Part shown: piece after piece, positions 46,957 through 62,209 of the stretch
Layout: each line of letters opens with the position of its first letter
Position numbering within the stretch: position 1 is the stretch's first letter
DNA from: the human T2T-CHM13v2.0 reference genome, Homo sapiens
Reading direction: 5' to 3' (one strand)
DNA: 64,000 nt
Assembly (NCBI RefSeq): GCF_009914755.1
Contig: NC_060940.1
Notes under the pieces: model-generated
Told to the model about the DNA's origin: nothing
The model's input: only the letters and a program-made list of their open reading frames with translations
The model's database searches: none
Translations under genes and position numbers: made by a program

Positions 46957-48786
46957 CAAAGAAGATTTTTAATGGCTGTATAATATTCTCTCATTAGGCA
47001 TCAGTTACTCACCTCCCTTGCAGAGGCACGTTGGGTGGTTTAAGGGGTTTTGCTATCATAACTAATGCTGTGGTGAACATTCTTGCACGATTCTTTGCCC
47101 CCATCCCTGATCCTTTTCGTCAGCGGTTTTCTAGAAATGGAAATTAGCAGTCCAGCCATGTAAACCTTCAAACAACCTATCAGTTCTTGAAACTTCAGGT
47201 GCAGAGCAATCCAAATACTAGCCTTACACTTTGCATTTTCAGTGATAGACATTTAGAAAGCTGGGGTTTTTTCCTTTCCTAATGAAGTTTGATGTTTTTG
47301 CCGGCGTCCAGGGAAGTGATCCTGAGCTGAGGCTGTCAGTAAAAAAGCCATTTCTCAGCCAGGCCCTGAGGCTTAGCAGCCTCTTCCAGCAGCACAGCCT
47401 CCAGGAGGCAGAGTCTGGTGTTACATAAAGGGTGCCATCTGCTTGGAGCAACTCGAGAGCAGAGTGAGGAAGTGTGGCGTTGGCCGTTGCCTTTCAAAAT
47501 ATTTGCCATCTTCAGAAACCCTGTCATTCTTCCCATCAGCCACAAAAGCCAGTGTTTCTTAAAATCTGGCTCTGAGTTCAGCATGGAGGCCCTGGGCCTG
47601 GCATGGAGTACCTTGGTTTGTTGCAGAGAGAGAGAGACGGCAAGGGCAGAGAGCACACACCACACATGGCTCTGCATGGCTTTCCAGAAACCACCCTGGC
47701 TGGATCACCCTCAGCCACTCTGAATTCGCAGGCAAGAGAACCTGTACTTACCCATGCTTTCTGTAAAAGTCATCTTGGCTTTAAGGCAGTTGCAACATGA
47801 AAACATTCTAACACTTCATGAATATCAAGCAGCTGGTTTGGTTTTTGACTTGACGCTTCCATTTTGGGTAATTTGGCTATCAGTGCACTCAAGCATGTGT
47901 GAAAGACTCACGCAGAGGGTTCAGGGTTGGGGACAGCCCCGCTGCTCCTCAGGAGGCTGGCCACATGACAGTGGTCTGTCTCTGCACTGGGATGCCATGT
48001 AGCTGTAAAAACAGTCCATGTGGACCCATCTCTAGGGCTTTTTGTTAGGTGATCAAAGCAAAGTGCAGGACAATATAAGTAATGTGCTGGCTACATTTTT
48101 GTCTAAAGAGGGCAAAGGAATTTCTCTTTTTGTTAGCTTATAAATGCATAAAAGGAGTCTGAATGGATGAAATTTACAGAGGTTACTGTGGGGGTGGGGA
48201 GGACAAGAGAGAGAATTGCCACCTAGGTCTTAACTCTTTCTTAATATGTTTGAACTATATGAATGTGCTATCTATTGAAAAATAAAATTTTTAAATCAAC
48301 TTGAGAAAAGGATCTGAGTAATCCCTGTAATCCTGGCTACTAGGGAGGCTGAAGTGGGAGGATTACTTGAGCCTAGGAGTTCAAGATTATAGTGAGCCAC
48401 GATTGCGCCACTGCACTCCAGCCTAGGCAACAGAGCGAGACCTCGTCTCTTAAAAAAAAAAAAAACAATAAAAATTAAAAATTTTTAAAAATTGAAAAAA
48501 GGGAGGAAATGTAAATCTTCCAGCACTTCCTCAGTGTCAGACCCTGAGCTGGACACTTATGTTGTACATGCTCCCAGGGGAGACAGCAGCATCCTCCCTC
48601 TTACAGAGGAAGCACAGTGGGAAGTCCAGGGTCTCAGCTAGTCAGAGACTAAGCTGGGATCTGAAAGCCTCGCCTCTGTCATTCTCCTACATCGCTTCTA
48701 AAATGCTACCTGCCTTCCTTTTAAGTAAATTGTGCAACATTTTATTCTCCAGAAATGTTAATAAGGAAGATCTGCCTTTAAAATTA

Positions 48787-48981
<195 letters not shown>

Positions 48982-49235
48982 TTAAAAGAGGTTTGTATCA
49001 GTGTGGACCATGTTGACCCAGATCTGGCCCCACCATTCACCAGTGACCTTGTGACAGTGAGGACAGTGACAGTGACCTCGTCAGCCCAGTGAGGACACAG
49101 TTCTTCTTTTTTTTTTTTTTTTTCCTGAGACACGGTCTCACTCTGTCACCCAGACTGGAGTGCAGTGGCACAATCTTGGTTCACTGTAATCTTGAACTCC
49201 TGGGCTCAAGTGATCCTCCCACTTCAGCCTCCTGA

Positions 49236-49421
<186 letters not shown>

Positions 49422-50699
49422 TGAAGGAGTCATATGAGAATGAAGTGAAGGCATCTGAGGAAAGTGGGTGACGCAGGGCCTGACTCAGGAAAGGCAGCTG
49501 GGACATGCATCTTTGGCCTGGTCCACAACCAGCGTCTGCTTCCTTCACTTTCTAAGAAAGTTATTCAAAGGCTCATCTGTTATTGAGATTTTCCTAAGAG
49601 ATTGGAGCCTGCCAAGTCCCTCAGTGAAGGGCCATCCTTGTGAGTGAGCACCTTCCTACACACCTTCCAACAGTTCATTAGAGCGTGAATTAGTGAACCA
49701 TGTCCTCCTGTCCTCAGGTTCCAAGTTAGGCTTTGGATGGCAGTTGGCCTTTGCGATCCTGGACTTACCATGCCTAGCATCTGTAGCTCTTTCAGGACTC
49801 ATGGCTAAGGAGGGCACAGAATGGATTCTGTGGATAGATCTGTCTTACTACTTATTGCTGGGACCACATGATTTGAGACCCAGGTCTTCTTGTGTGGCTG
49901 GTGGCAGACTTAGCTTCTTAACATGTGAGTCCCTCACTCCTGGAGGGACCCTGAGTGAATTGCCGCTCCCACAGTCAGCTTCCAGAACTGACTGGCAGAA
50001 ATTGATCAGAGGTTCTCAGCCTGGTGGAGATGTCCCACCCGCTCCTGTGTGGGAGGCCAGGAAGCAGGGTGTCATGCATGGGAGCCACGAGCTTCAGATG
50101 TTCCTGCTAGCCCACCTTCCTCCTGAGTGCCAGACTCCACAGAGTCCATGGCCCTGGGTGTTGGTCCCAAGAATAGGACTGTGGCTAACAACCAGCCCAC
50201 AGAGTGAGCATCCCTGCCTGTGTCTGTGCTGAAGCTCTTTCATTCAGGGAGACACTGGCTTCAAACCCCTGGAGTGGGGCTGGCCTTCCAGGGAGCCCCT
50301 TGATGTCCGCAGAATCGGCATCTCCTGTGGGCATTCCAGGCCCAGATCCGTCACAGAGCTGTCTCCTCTGCCCTTGAAGGCCGGAGAGGTGAAATGAGAG
50401 GGCTGTGCTCAGAGCCGTCAACAGACCCAAGGGTCACTCGCCCTAGGGCCACTAGCCCCTTGGCCAGCTCAGGTTCCACCCTCGCCCCCAAGCCAAGGGG
50501 TGTTTTTTCCTAGATTCTAAGTCACTGGTGCTCAGCCCTGGATATATATTGGAATCACCTGATCACTTTCAAAACATCATGACCCTGGGCTTGGGCCATG
50601 CCCCAAACAAGCATTTTTAAGGCATCCCCAGGGACTCTAGCCAGGGAGAGCCACTACTGCTCTACGCCATTTCAGAGCAGGCTCTTGTCTCATTGGCCC

Positions 50700-51377
50700 T
50701 GTAACTGCCCAACAGGTTCTCCTTGCCCACTGCCTAGACAAGAGCCGATTTATCAAGACAGGAGAGTTGCAGTAGACAAAGGGTAATTCACGCAGAGCTG
50801 GCTGTACAGGAGACTGGAGTTTTATTATTCCTCAAATCAGCCTCTCCAAGAATTTGGGGATCAGAGTTTTTAAGGATAACTTGCTGGGTAGGGGCTTGGG
50901 AAGTGGAGATTGCTGATTGGTCGGCTTGGAGATGAAATCATAGGGGGTGGAAGTGAGTTTTTCTTGCTATCTTCTGTTCCTGGTGGGATCAAAGAGCTGG
51001 TTGAGCCAGATTACCTGTCTGTGTGGCATCAGATACTGCATCAGAACACAGGGTCTACAAAATATCTCAGGCACAATCTTAGGTTTTATGACAGTGATAT
51101 TATTTTCAGGAGCAATTTGGGGAGGTTCAGACTCTTGTAGCTAATTTGTTAGTCCTACAAAGGCAGACTGGTCCCCAGGCAAGAAGGGGGTTTATTTCAG
51201 GGAAAGGGCTGTTACCGGCATTGTTTCAAAGTTAAACTATAAACTGAATTCCTCCCAAGGTTAGTTTGGTCTGCATCCAGGAATGAACAAGGACATCTTG
51301 GAAGTTAGAAGCAAGATGGAGTCATTTAGGTCACCATCATAATTTTCTCAGTTAAAATTTTTGCAAAGACAGTTTCA
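50700..51377 (-). mobile_element. 3' LTR (LTR8-family)
   Basis: minus strand TGAAACTGTCTTTGCAAA...GACTCCATCTTGCTTCTAAC...GGGCAGTTACA matches my recollection of the LTR8 consensus ends. Confidence 0.85.
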
Positions 51378-53679
51378 GTTCCTCCTGTTGGGTTTTATAA
51401 TACCTTATTCCTAATACTTCATACTGTGGGATATGAAGATGGGAAAAGAGTGATAACCGCTCTAGCTTCTTTCTCCTGACAGGGAGCGTAGTCAGGGTAG
51501 GTGTTGACCCAAAGGTAGGAGGAGTGAAACCACTTTGCAGCTGTCTGCTTCTACTCAGGGGTTCCTGGTTAGGGTTTGAAGGCCTGCATGACAAAGGCAT
51601 TAGTATTCTCATCTATAGTTTTAACAAATGAGTCCTAGGATAAAGAGTGAAAGTCCTGGCTTCAGAAGCTTTTGTAGAATTGATCCTAAGCTCTGAGGGA
51701 CCCAGGTAAATAGCTCCAAGAACCAATCAGACATGGGGTTACTAGCAGAGAGAGATTTGGGTCAGAGGTTGTTAGACAGACAGATTGGGGTAGACAGGAA
51801 AGAGGAAATTTAAATATACTCATCCTTATCTTTTTAGTCAGTTTTCCTAGTCCTAAGACTAGATCAGTTCAGTTAAACAGCTGTTTCCATTATCAAGAGA
51901 TGGCACTGGAGATGGGCTAGGCATCTTTAGTTATAGAGGAGGAAGGCAGTGGCAATTTGACATGTTTTTGTCATCTGTATTACAAAGAATAAGCTTCAGC
52001 TTGCAGGGCCTCAGGAAAAAGGTAGTAGCAATTTAATTGAGTCCAAGTCAGAAAAGTGGGAAAAAAAAATTGAAAGCATTAGTTTGGGAATTGTAGCCCA
52101 CAGAGAATTCAGGATTTAGTCCAAATTGCAGGAAATAATAAAAACTCAAGAACAAAGGACAAGACTAGAATCTAACAGCAGGGTGTATCATAGTTTTTTG
52201 AAACACTTTTTTCCCTCTCCCATCCTTATTTTTATTAAAGACAAACCGTAGTAGGACAAGTTTACTTGCAAAATAAGTCATAGTCTTATTAAGCTTGGCC
52301 TGATTATTTGTATAAAGTAAAGCAAGAATAATTGTTTGCCAGATAGGCTGTTTTTAAAATTGGCTTTGCTGAAACTTTGTTCCATAAGAAATCTCAGGTT
52401 AGACTTTTTTAAAGCCTCGAGCCCAGCCATGGATTTATCTACTATACCTGCAAAGATAAACCTGTATGAGTTGGGTGAAATTTTTTCTTCTCATGGTCCT
52501 AAGATAATTTGGGGCTCCTGGGCCTGTCAAAAAGTGACAGTCTTTATTTACCACAGTTCAGGAACCCCGTACAGGGACTGTGTAGACAAGGTATGAGGCC
52601 AGCTTTTCCAAGGGACTTCTATTGGCTCTGTTAGTCAACTTTGTTCCTTAAAGCAGTCTGTTTATATTTGAAAGTATGTCGTACCAGTCAAAGCCTTGGT
52701 AAAGTAACCGGCATCTCTAATTGTATCCTATTACAAAAGAAAACAGATTGTTACTGCCCTTGCACAAATAATTATACTGCCATAAGTTGAGAATACTCAC
52801 AAATAGTTTCCAAATTCTGGAGAAATCAGAGAGAAGGCAATATGCTCTAAATTTTGCTCACAGAAGTATACTTTAACTCAATTGTTAAAGTTATAAATAG
52901 CTCAAAAGAAAAATAGTTTTCTGGACTCTGAAAAACAAAAGGATTAACAATGTTTAACACATCAGCTCTCCATGAGGATCCTAGAAGTTTTTTTTCCTCC
53001 ATTCCAATGGCACAATTTGTAAAGTTATCAGAGACCTGCATTCAAGAGTACCCATTAGAGTACTATATCTGATTATAAACTGCCTTTTGAAAAGGATAAA
53101 ACCAAGACAGCAACTGCCTGTGGGTAACAAAAGTCTCAGGACAGCCGTAGTTAAAGATGCAGTCAACAAGGAAATCTGGTCATCTCTGTGACACACAGTT
53201 TAACAGAACAGTTATAATTATTACTCATAACATATACTGAGACGTATCAGAATTATAGGAGTCTTACACAATTTTGTAACACATACTAATAACATAGTTA
53301 TACGACTATAAACCCAAAGAAAGTTAAACACTTTTTTATATTTGACAGTGCTTCCTACATAATTTTAATACACCAAATAAGCCAAATATGCCTCTTTTGG
53401 ACTTTAGGGGACTTTTTTTTTTTAACTTAGAATTTGATCTTGGGAAGTTTGTTAAATATCAAAGGTTTGAAACACTAGATATCACAAAGTAGAATCCCAG
53501 GTCACCATAAGTAATTCATTTAGCCACAATGATAACTCAAACATTTTGTAACAGGAAAAACCTTTACTCTGATAGAGAGAAGACTCAGCTTTCTAAACAA
53601 CAAAACCCAGTGAAGATAGCATGAGGCCAACTGAATCTTTCTTTTATTTTTTTTAATAGTTTACTCCAAAGCCAAATAA

Positions 53680-54293
<614 letters not shown>

Positions 54294-54448
54294 TGAACTC
54301 CTGACCCCACGAGATCGCCCACCTCAGCCTCCCAAAGCGCTGGGATTACAGTTGTGAGCCACCACTCCTAGCCAAAGCTAGTTTTTAATAAAATTTTACA
54401 AACAAATGTATCCGATTTTAGTTTGACTGTAGGGTAACATTTTCATAA

Positions 54449-54873
<425 letters not shown>

Positions 54874-56220
54874 TAATTTATGGAAAAAATTAAATAATAC
54901 CCTTTCGATTTTAGCCAGCTTGCTCACACACAGAGTTGTTCACAAAGTTAATTTTTCACAAACCTACAATTTGCTTAAACTTTCAGTTTTATTTTGTCTT
55001 TCAACCAAAAATAATCTTTAAACTCTCTAAATTAGAGAAGTTTTTCTCTTTTAAAAAAACCCATATTCCCATGTCTTTAAGCAGTTTTAATTACATACCA
55101 AGTGCAGAGCCTAGAATACAGGACAGAACTGCAGATAAAGTCTGACTCTCTCTGGCCTAGCTAGGAGTCATGGCTACCTCCATATGTCCCCAGGCCTTAT
55201 CTGGAATCTAATGGCTCTAAAGTAGGTAAATTGAACAATTACAAAAGTCACAGAAGCCACTTATGACCTTAAAGCATCCAGCAGAAACAGTATCTGATCT
55301 GCCTAATTCAGACCAAATGAAGACAGTTTTATTTCATCAATAATCTTTAAAACTATCTTTATTTACCAAAGATTACTAACGTCATGTGAACTAAAATGCA
55401 TTAGAGTTGCTATTTCTTTGACAAAATATTTAAGTGCTTATTTTTTAAGCCAATTAATTACAGCTCTTAAACATCACACACACAACATTATAAATATATA
55501 GACCGAAGAAGATGCATTAGTTAAGATTTTTCATTTGCTGATTTTTTAGGGGTTTTTTTTCCCCATTTTACAAATCTTGTCACGACTCACAGAGACCATC
55601 TATGCCATGCTTGGACTGTCTGACTTGTCCTATGTGTCCCTCTTTCGTGAATAATCAGTCGTTCTATTTTAGGACAAGAATTTACCATACAAGATCTTTT
55701 CTCATATAAATTTCTTTTTTTATAATCATCCTTACCAAAAATACATCTTTATAGCCTCAACTTTTTTCACATATCTCTTTCCCCTACTAAAGTAATTCCT
55801 GATGCCCTCAAAAGTGAAAAAGGCCAAGTAATGTGATTCAAAACAGAACAGAGCCTTAGATTTTGAGAGGGGTCTGTCTGCTTACACTTCTTGGGGTTTT
55901 ATGAGGAAAACAGAGTTTCTCCCAAAACAGGGTCTGTGGAGCCTTCTCTCTTTTTCCCAAGGAGTCCCCAGCTGTCAGAAAGTACCTTAGGTCCTCTCAT
56001 GTGGGCATTCAGAGTGGCAGGAAGACAGACTGGGGAAATAATTCAGTTGACTGAGAAGAAAGACAAACAAAAACTCATTCCTCGAAGAAAAAAAAAAAAT
56101 CCAGGAAGAGAAAAAGCACAAAGGCCTTTTTTTTATTTTTTTATTTTTATTTTTATTTTTTTTTGAAATGGAGTCTTGCTCTGTCACCCAGGCTAGATAG
56201 AGTGCAATGGCATGATCTAA

Positions 56221-56463
<243 letters not shown>

Positions 56464-56474
56464 TAAATGTGTGC

Positions 56475-56714
56475 ATATATATATATATATATATGCACAC
56501 ATTTATATATATATATTTATATATATTTATACATATTTATATATTTATTTATATAATATATATTATATATATTGTATAATATATAATATATATGTTATAT
56601 ATTATATATATGTTATATAATATATGATATATAATATATATTATATATATTATGTTTTATATATAATATATATTTATAAATATATATATATTTATAAATT
56701 TATATATATATATA
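56475..56714. repeat. Degenerate (TA)n low-complexity tract
   Basis: ~240 bp almost pure A/T, followed by a long poly-T at ~56763-56787. Confidence 0.95.
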
Positions 56715-57686
56715 AAACTTGGATATCCATTTTTAATTAAGCAGATTTTAACTGTAGAACTCTTTTTTTTTTTTTTTTTTTTTTTTTACAAAATCTTTTT
56801 AAATTTCTTATTACCAGACTCTAGCCAGGATAGACAGCCAGTATTTCTGGCTTTTGAACTTTACCACAGGTAACCTCCTAGCAAAATTAATAAGTCTTAT
56901 CTAAGATTATGACTTAACTACGGAAGTATAAGATGTCTCAAAGGGATGGTAAGCAGTTTTTTGTTTTTTTCTTTTACAAGATTTAGAATCTCCCCAAACG
57001 TAGTTTAGAGAAAAGAAAATTTAAGGCAGATTTCAAGGCAAGCTGTCCATGGTGGGGAAAGAATCAATAAATGGCACACAAAAAAAACTTACATAAATAA
57101 CAAACCAGAGAGCACCCATTCCGTAAGCTGGGAACCAGACCCAGGCTACCACTGTGAAATAGCAAAGCTTCAGCTACTGAGCTAAAGCTGAAGGCTGTTA
57201 CACTGCTCTTCCTGGGAATCCAGGACTTTACTCAAGATAATTCTTAAGGCTAGACATGACACTGTCACATGTCCTCTCAGACCAGCTACCGACATGAACC
57301 CAAAAATTCATGCCCTCTGGATGCCGGAGACCAAAAGAGGGTACCCTGACATGGTCCCAAAGTCAAGTTTTTCAGGACGTAAAACAAGAGAAGAGGGAAA
57401 CCTTATCTGGTTTTTGTTGGAGCAAAGTTTGGAACTGACCAGTCTGCCAGGCTGGATTGAACAGCGGGCTTAGAGGGGTCCTATGTCCACATCCTATTCT
57501 GTGGTCCTGCTCTCCATGACAGAGGATGCAGCTGTGAGTGGGTTTGGTTTGCGCTGTATCTCCAGCTACTAAAGCAATGCTTGGCAGGTAGTAGGTGTTC
57601 TAGAAAGGTGTGTCGTATTAATGTGTGAATACTGACTCCCCCTCCTAAGTCACTGAGTGAGGAGAGAGGATGTGTGATTCATCTGA

Positions 57687-57911
<225 letters not shown>

Positions 57912-58676
57912 TAAGATTTTTTCTATTAATCAGACCCTTGCAGAGGAGACAAACAGTGATGTTTTCCATTCATACACGGCGAGAGGGGCCAGAAGCCTGG
58001 CTGGTAAGAAATGTTTACCCTTTTTGCCTGCATGTCAGGTTTCTGGGTTCCCATTCTCTGTAGCTTCCAGAAGAACGGAGCAGCTCTTGATGACCCTGCT
58101 CGCTGCACGCTAGCTGTGGGCGCCAAGTCGCATTGCAAAGGAAAACCATCCGTTTCTGTTTTATGGAACCACAGGCAAAAGCCTCTCAATTTTTCAAGAT
58201 GCTGCCCAATGGGCTGCATGGGGAACTGAATTAACATTTTCCATCCTGGCCAGAGCAGAGTACACATGACAAAACTAGTCACTATGCTCAGTGCCCAGCA
58301 TCAACTTGGCAAGGCTCACACTTGCTCCCGTTGGTCTCTGTCATCTTTGATCCACTCCACTCAAGGTGGGAAGGGACGCCTTCCACCGGGAATTCAAAGG
58401 ATGGTCTCTGAGCCAGATGGAAGAGCGGATGGTCACCCTCGAGGCAGCCCTGTCAAACTTCCGAGCTTCTGCTGACAAGTCCTTCAGGGTTCAGTGAATG
58501 TGACCAACCAGACAAACTAGGAGAGCCTGATGGACTTCCTTCAGCAATTCCCTTAGACATCTCCTCCACATATACAAACACATACAGCAAAACACCTTCC
58601 AGAAAGAGTTTCCAGACTAAATCACAAACCAAGAGTATTCCTCCAAACAAGTCCCCTATTCTCTGTACAATTAGGG

Positions 58677-58801
58677 CAGATACCCCATGCTGGGGCTACA
58701 AACAGATACCACCTAATAGAGCTAGAGATGCCCCATGATGGGGCTACAGGCAGACACCCAATGATGGGGCTACAGACAGATACCCTGTGATGGGGCTACA
58801 G
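58677..58801. repeat. ~26-bp minisatellite in the provirus leader (about 5 degenerate units)
   Basis: cagatacccc(a/t)tgatggggctacaga-like unit repeated. Confidence 0.8.
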
Positions 58802-59002
58802 TTACAGGACGTCTCCCCAGGACTGTTTATTGCAGTTAAATCCATACACCATGGGTTGGCAGCACCCCATTAGTAGAGATGGTGCCAGTGTCAGCCCCCA
58901 GTCGAAGAGAACTAGGTGGCCGCCTGGGCTGGCCTCTGGATCCATCACCAGTGAGGGGGGTTGGGAAGGCTACTGAATCACTGGAAGATAGCCACAAGGG
59001 AG

Positions 59003-59020
59003 ATCACAGATGAGCCCCCA
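59003..59020 (-). other. Primer binding site, tRNA-Pro-like
   Basis: minus strand TGGGGGCTCATCTGTGAT vs PBS-Pro TGGGGGCTCGTCCGGGAT (3 mismatches), 4 nt from the LTR end. Confidence 0.8.
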
Positions 59021-59024
59021 AATT

Positions 59025-60051
<1,027 letters not shown>

Positions 60052-60073
60052 GTCCCTGCATCCATAATACCTA

Positions 60074-60373
<300 letters not shown>

Positions 60374-60861
60374 TCACGCAGGCTGTGATAGATCACACTG
60401 TTCCTCTCTTTGGATGATTGGGGTTCACTGCTACACTGCACAGGTCAGCAACAGCATGTACAGAAATGGGCTGCGGTGGGGAGACTCATCAGCCCCCTGG
60501 CATCTGAACATGGCCAACACTATGCCTTCTGTTTCATCCTCAGACTTTGGGACTATTAGGGATTTAAATATTAATGCGCGGATTTCACTGAGCCCTGGCC
60601 TCTCTTTGGTGCCTGTCAGGTACACTATAATGAGAAATTGGATCGTTCATTCTTCCCTCCCCCCTTCCCTCCCTTCTCCAGGGAACAGGGTTTTTGTTCT
60701 TGGAGCTTGGGAGGTGGCTGAGTTCCCCAACTAGAATCAAGTAACCTTTAGTGCATATGCAAATCCAGCATTTGAAATTTCCGGTTCTCTAGCCTTATTA
60801 TTCTAGAGGGCAGCCAGCTTTCCTTTCATTTCATTTGGGGTCCGCTTCACTTGCTTTGCAG

Positions 60862-60984
60862 CTACTCTGGTATGCAAGCTCGACACAGCCCCAAGAAGGC
60901 TGCACCCCAGGAAGGAGCCCACCATGCTCTGAGAGTCACAAAGAAAGAAGCAGACCCTTGGCGGGAGAGAAAGGAAGGCCTGAG
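60862..60984 (+). other. PMM2: Latent 123-nt pseudoexon in PMM2 intron 7 (AG acceptor, GC donor)
   Basis: ttcacttgctttgcag| acceptor; GAG|gcaggt donor; 41 sense codons in phase 0. Confidence 0.75.
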
Positions 60985-61781
60985 GCAGGTTGTGTTTGTG
61001 ATGCAGATGCTCCTGCGAGCCGTGCGGCTCTCTGAAAGCGGGTGGAGCTGAGAAGCAACCCAGAGAGGCTCCTGCAGCCAGGGTCGGGAGGATTTCACCT
61101 TCCTGGATGGGAATTGATTCTCCAGACCTAGCTTTATTAAGTGTCAGCGAGTTACATGCACACAGATCACTCAGATTCCACAGACACCTCCCCACCAGCC
61201 CCCAGCAGGACCACGGGAGGAGACTCGTGCCGTTAGGCCTCTGTCCCTGCATGTGACATCTGCAGGGAAGGGCAGGCCTAGCAACTGTCAGGGGACTAGC
61301 ATAAACCCTTTTTGCTTCAGGGGTCTCTTCCCAGGTAATGGCCTCTGTCCTCTTTGCACCCTGGCCGGCTGCAGGAGCCTCCTAACTGCTCCCTTCAATT
61401 GCGTCCTCACCCCGCACCCGTTCTCCAGAAAGATCCTGTTGTAAAGTAATCTGATCATGGCCCGGGCTTGCAGGCTTCAGGCGGCTCTCCGTGAAATCCC
61501 AGGTCCTTACCACAATCTGTGAGGCCCGCTGTGGCCCGGCCCCAGCCCCTGCCCATCCTCCCTCTTCAGCGTCTTCTCTGATGGCCACATGGCCTGTGCC
61601 CTCACGTCCCTCAGATGCCAGGGTTCCCTCACCCTCCAGGCCTGGCAGCCCTTCCCTCCCTTTGCTCAACAAGGCGCCCAAGAGCTGTCTGTTGATGACT
61701 GGTCTCCCCAGGGCAGCTGTGATGTGGTTTTGGTTTGCGCCGTATCCCCAGCTGCTAAAGCAATGCCTGGCGGGTAGAGGG

Positions 61782-62209
61782 TTTCGTGCGCGTCCGTGTG
61801 AAGAGACCACCAAACGGGCTTTGTGTGAGCAACATGGCTGTTTTTTTCACCTGGGTGCAGGCGGGCTGAGTCCCAAAAGAGAGTCAGCAAAGGGTGGTGG
61901 ATTATCATTAGTTCTTATGGGTTTTGGGATAGGCGGTGAAGTTAAGAGCAATGTTTTGCGGGCAGGAGTGGATCTCACAAAGTACATCCTCAAGAGTGGG
62001 GAGAATTACAAAGAACCTTCTTAAGGGTGGGGGAGATTACAAAGTACATTGATCAGTTTGGGTGGGGCAGAAGCAAATCACAATGGTGGGATGTCATCAG
62101 TTAAGGCCATTTTTACTTTTGCGGATCTTCAGTTACTTCAGGCCATCTGGATGTATACGTGCAAGTCACAGGGGATGCGATGGCTTGGCTTGGGCTCAGA
62201 GGCCTGACA
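61782..62209 (-). mobile_element. HERV-H 3' LTR (LTR7 family, type II/LTR7B-like)
   Basis: minus strand TGTCAGGCCTCTGAGCCCAAG...CTCTTCACACGGACGCGCACGAAA; short tactttgtaatctcccc-type U3 repeats; preceded by PPT AAGAAGGCAGGAA. Confidence 0.9.

Noticed and set aside
49693-50232. 179-aa ORF in PMM2 intron 7
   Set aside because: Non-ATG start, no homology I recognise, no clear exon signals
58677-58801. Short repeats resembling a CRISPR-like array
   Set aside because: Tandem units without unique spacers, in eukaryotic proviral DNA
61491-62024. 177-aa ORF running into the LTR7
   Set aside because: Spans L2-like relic and antisense LTR sequence; chance ORF in GC-rich DNA
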